The position numbers and the translations under genes are program-made. Positions 16,378 through 19,497 of a stretch of 19,497 bases of DNA are shown one piece after another. This DNA comes from Gemmatimonadota bacterium (GTDB lineage Bacteria; Gemmatimonadota; Gemmatimonadetes; Longimicrobiales; RSA9), in the NCBI GenBank assembly GCA_040905425.1, contig JBBDRO010000081.1:1-19497 (forward strand), written 5' to 3'. How positions within the stretch are numbered: position 1 is the stretch's first letter; each line of letters opens with the position of its first letter. Below the pieces are notes generated by a model. That model was not told the DNA's origin. It ran no database searches and was given only the letters and a program-made list of their open reading frames with translations.

Positions 16378-18075
16378 TCACGCGCGGCCCTCCAGCATGG
16401 GCAGGCGGACCCCGTCGCGGCGCGCCGTGGCCAGCGCCTCCTCGTAGCCGGCGTCCGCATGGCGCGCCACGCCGATGGCCGGATCATTGGTGAGCACCCG
16501 CTCGATGCGCATGCGCATTTCCGGTGTACCATCGGCCACGAGCACCTGGCCGGCGTGCAGCGAGCGGCCGATCCCCACGCCGCCACCGTGGTGGAAGGAC
16601 ACCCAGCTGGCGCCGCTGGCCGTGTTCAGGAGGGCGTTCAGGATCGGCCAGTCGGCCACCGCGTCGCTGCCGTCCTTCATAGCCTCGGTCTCCCGGTAGG
16701 GGGACGCCACGGAGCCGGTGTCCAGATGGTCCCGGCCGATGACCACGGGGGCGGACAGCTCGCCGGAGGCCACCAGGTCGTTCAGCGCCACCCCGAAGCG
16801 GGCGCGCTCCCCCAGGCCCAGCCAGCAGATGCGGGCGGGCAGCCCCTGGAAGCGGACCTTCTCCCGGGCCATGCGGATCCAGCGGGCCAGGTGGGCGTCC
16901 TCGGGGAAGAGCTCCAGGACCAGGTCGTCGGTACGGTGGATGTCGGCCGGGTCGCCGGAGAGGGCGGCCCAGCGGAACGGCCCCTTGCCGGCGCAGAAGA
17001 GCGGGCGCACGTAGGCTGGCACGAAGCCCGGGAAGGCAAAGGCGTCCGCGCAGCCCCCGTCGCGCGCCTGGCCGCGCAGGTTGTTGCCGTAGTCGAAGGT
17101 GACGGCACCCCGACCCATGAGCTCCACCATGGCCCGGCAGTGCGCCGCCATGCCCGCCATGGAGCGGCGGACGTATTCGTCGGGGTCGGCGCGCCGCAGC
17201 TCCTCGGCTGCCGCCAGCCCCAGGCCGGGCGGCACATACCCGTTCAGGGCGTCGTGCGCGGAGGTCTGGTCCGTCAGGACGTCCGGCGTGACGTCGCGCC
17301 TCACCAGCTCGGGCAGCACCTCGGCGCAGTTGCCCACCAGGCCCACGCTGAGCGCCTCGCCGCGCTCGGCGGCGCCCGTGACCCAGGCCAGCGCCTCGTC
17401 CAGCGAGTGGCTCATGCGATCGCAGTAGTCCGTGTCCACACGGCGGCGGATGCGCGCCTCGTCCACGTCCACGACCAGGATGACGCCCTCGTTCATGGTG
17501 GCGGCCAGCGGCTGGGCGCCGCCCATGCCGCCCATGCCGCCGGTGAGCACCCAGCGGCCCTTCAGGGTGCCGCCGAAGTGCGCGCGCGCCACCGCGCCGA
17601 AGGTCTCGTAGGTGCCCTGCAGGATGCCCTGCGTGCCGATGTAGATCCACGAGCCGGCCGTCATCTGGCCGTACATCATGAGCCCCTGCCGCTCCAACTC
17701 CCGGAAGGTGGCCCAGTCGGCCCAGTCCCCGACCAGGTTGCTGTTGGCAATGAGCACGCGGGGGGCGTGCGCATGGGTGCGGAACACGCCTACCGGCTTA
17801 CCGCTCTGCACCAGCAGCGTCTCGTCGTCTCCCAGGGTGCGCAGGGTGCGTACGATGGCGTCGTACGCCTCCCAGCTCCGTGCGGCGCGGCCGGTGCCGC
17901 CGTACACCACCAGGTCATCGGGCCGCTCGGCCACCTCGGGATCCAGATTGTTCATGAGCATGCGGAGCGCGCCCTCCTGCTGCCAGCCGCGGCAGGAGAT
18001 GGTCGTGCCGCGCGGCGCCCGCACGGGACGCGCACCCGCGAGCGTAACGCTCCCGGTATTCCCCAGGTCACCCAT
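16378..18075 (-). CDS. hutU: Urocanate hydratase, 565 aa
   Basis: [61 protein letters not shown] and HHGGGVG; GGAGG RBS. Confidence 0.98.
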   Translation of the reverse strand: MGDLGNTGSVTLAGARPVRAPRGTTISCRGWQQEGALRMLMNNLDPEVAERPDDLVVYGGTGRAARSWEAYDAIVRTLRTLGDDETLLVQSGKPVGVFRTHAHAPRVLIANSNLVGDWADWATFRELERQGLMMYGQMTAGSWIYIGTQGILQGTYETFGAVARAHFGGTLKGRWVLTGGMGGMGGAQPLAATMNEGVILVVDVDEARIRRRVDTDYCDRMSHSLDEALAWVTGAAERGEALSVGLVGNCAEVLPELVRRDVTPDVLTDQTSAHDALNGYVPPGLGLAAAEELRRADPDEYVRRSMAGMAAHCRAMVELMGRGAVTFDYGNNLRGQARDGGCADAFAFPGFVPAYVRPLFCAGKGPFRWAALSGDPADIHRTDDLVLELFPEDAHLARWIRMAREKVRFQGLPARICWLGLGERARFGVALNDLVASGELSAPVVIGRDHLDTGSVASPYRETEAMKDGSDAVADWPILNALLNTASGASWVSFHHGGGVGIGRSLHAGQVLVADGTPEMRMRIERVLTNDPAIGVARHADAGYEEALATARRDGVRLPMLEGRA

Positions 18076-18325
18076 GGATCCTCCCTCCCGATCGCCCCAC
18101 GTTCGCGCGGCACGTCCCGCGGCAGCCGGTTCGACCGCCGCACCTTACGGCGCCGTTCGTTCGGCCACCGTGTGCGTCCTGCTGCCACGCCTTCGTCCAC
18201 CGTGCGTCATGCCGCCGCCCGTTGCGCCGACGGCAAGAGGGCGGCCACCTTGCGCAACCTACGCAGCGCGGCGGAGGCGTGCCATGCGTCCGCGCGCGCC
18301 CGAACCGGCAAGGAATCGACGGACC

Positions 18326-19497
18326 ATGCGGCAGTATCTCCTCCCGCTCGTGATCACGACCACCGTTGTCCTGGTGGCATGCGGTGACGTCACGGCCCCA
18401 GAGCCCGTACCCGGCGTGGTCTCGGCCTACGCGCTGGAGAGCCCGCATCCCCTGGTGCGGCGCCTCACCGTGCAGCTCTCCGCACCGGGCGCCGTGGAGG
18501 TGGCCTGGGAGACCGACGGGGAACCGGGCCTCCGCATCGAGTTGGAAGAAATCCGCACGAGCCATGAACTGGACCTGGCCAGACTGCTGCCGGGCCGCAG
18601 CTACCGCATCCAGGCTCGGGGGCTGGATGGGCAGCGCCGCGGTGAGCCGTGGGACACCGTCGTTGCCATTCCCGAGCTACCGGCCGACGTGGCGGCACTC
18701 ACCTTCAGCGCGGAGGGCATGCCCACGGCGCCGCTCACCCTGCTCGAGGTCGTGGGATCCAGTTCGGGGTGGACCGGCGCCCTGCTGCTGGACGGCCAGG
18801 GACGGGTGTTGTGGTATCACGAGAGCACGGGGTCGCTGTTCGGCACCGCCGTGAGGCCCGGCGGCAACATTCTCATGCTGGACCATACACTCGGCATTGC
18901 GGAGGTTGGCCTCGACGGACGCACGGTCCACGCCCTGCCCCAGCACGCCGAGCCCTACGGTGAGATCCACCACGACCTGACGCTCACGCCGAGCGGCACG
19001 GTGCTCTTCCTGGCCCGTGATCCACGCCTTGTGGACGGCCAGGAGGTGGTGGGGGAAGCCGTCTGGGAGTGGGACGCCGCGACGGGAACGCTGGAGAAGC
19101 ACTGGTCCGCGCACGACCATTTTCGGTGGCCGGACGAGGTGGGAGAGCGCTCCTCGCCGAGCAACTGGCTGCACGCCAACAGCATCGAGGTCGGGGCGCG
19201 CGGCAATGTCATCGTCTCCGGGCGCAACACGGACCAGATCTGGTCCGTGGCCCCCGACTACGCCAGCGTGGAATGGCGGCTCGGCGGCGCCGGCGCCACA
19301 TTGCCCCTGGCGCCGGCCGACCGCTTCTACGGGCAGCACGGCGCGCGCGAGGTGGCGGCGGACCGCTTCATCCTGTTCGACAACGGCTTCGGCCGGCCGG
19401 CAGGCCAGTTCTCCCGGGCCATGGAATTCCAGGTGGACAGGGGCGCGGGGACCGTGCAGAAGATCTGGGAGTACCGTCCCTCTCCCGACATCTACGC
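18326..19497 (+). CDS. Aryl-sulfate sulfotransferase (ASST) family lipoprotein, 3' partial (at least 390 codons)
   Basis: Absent from the ORF track because it has no stop in the window. MRQYLLPLVITTTVVLVA-C lipobox, an Ig/FN3-like N-terminal region, then EIHHD, NWLHANSI, VSGRN, YGQHG, LFDNG and FSRAME in one open frame. Confidence 0.88.
   Translation, partial: MRQYLLPLVITTTVVLVACGDVTAPEPVPGVVSAYALESPHPLVRRLTVQLSAPGAVEVAWETDGEPGLRIELEEIRTSHELDLARLLPGRSYRIQARGLDGQRRGEPWDTVVAIPELPADVAALTFSAEGMPTAPLTLLEVVGSSSGWTGALLLDGQGRVLWYHESTGSLFGTAVRPGGNILMLDHTLGIAEVGLDGRTVHALPQHAEPYGEIHHDLTLTPSGTVLFLARDPRLVDGQEVVGEAVWEWDAATGTLEKHWSAHDHFRWPDEVGERSSPSNWLHANSIEVGARGNVIVSGRNTDQIWSVAPDYASVEWRLGGAGATLPLAPADRFYGQHGAREVAADRFILFDNGFGRPAGQFSRAMEFQVDRGAGTVQKIWEYRPSPDIY

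Noticed and set aside
18076..18325. HutC operator or structured RNA upstream of hutU
   Set aside because: Only a short TTGCGCAA palindrome was seen, with no recognisable operator or RNA motif.

Overview
Very GC-rich bacterial DNA; gene content is suggestive of Gemmatimonadota or a similar lineage (inference only). From left to right the window holds: (i) the extreme right end of an ISL3-family insertion sequence (1-55); (ii) a minus-strand run of two secreted PQQ-dependent beta-propeller dehydrogenases flanking a monoheme cytochrome c, where the distal dehydrogenase lacks an in-frame block of about 140 aa that includes the active-site WDxD motif; (iii) a divergent plus-strand run encoding a secreted Cys-Cys protein, a cytochrome c / PHM-type two-copper monooxygenase fusion, a secreted alpha/beta hydrolase, a MetC-like PLP lyase, an NhaC-family transporter and YjbQ; (iv) a minus-strand run of hutU, a lipoprotein, hutF (with a 15-bp minisatellite insert), an M50 protease, a Nudix hydrolase and a ChlI/MoxR-like AAA+ ATPase; (v) the 5' part of an arylsulfotransferase (ASST) lipoprotein that runs off the window. 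The most interesting candidate system is the divergent cluster at 151-7781, which may be a periplasmic PQQ -> cytochrome c -> copper-monooxygenase electron chain.
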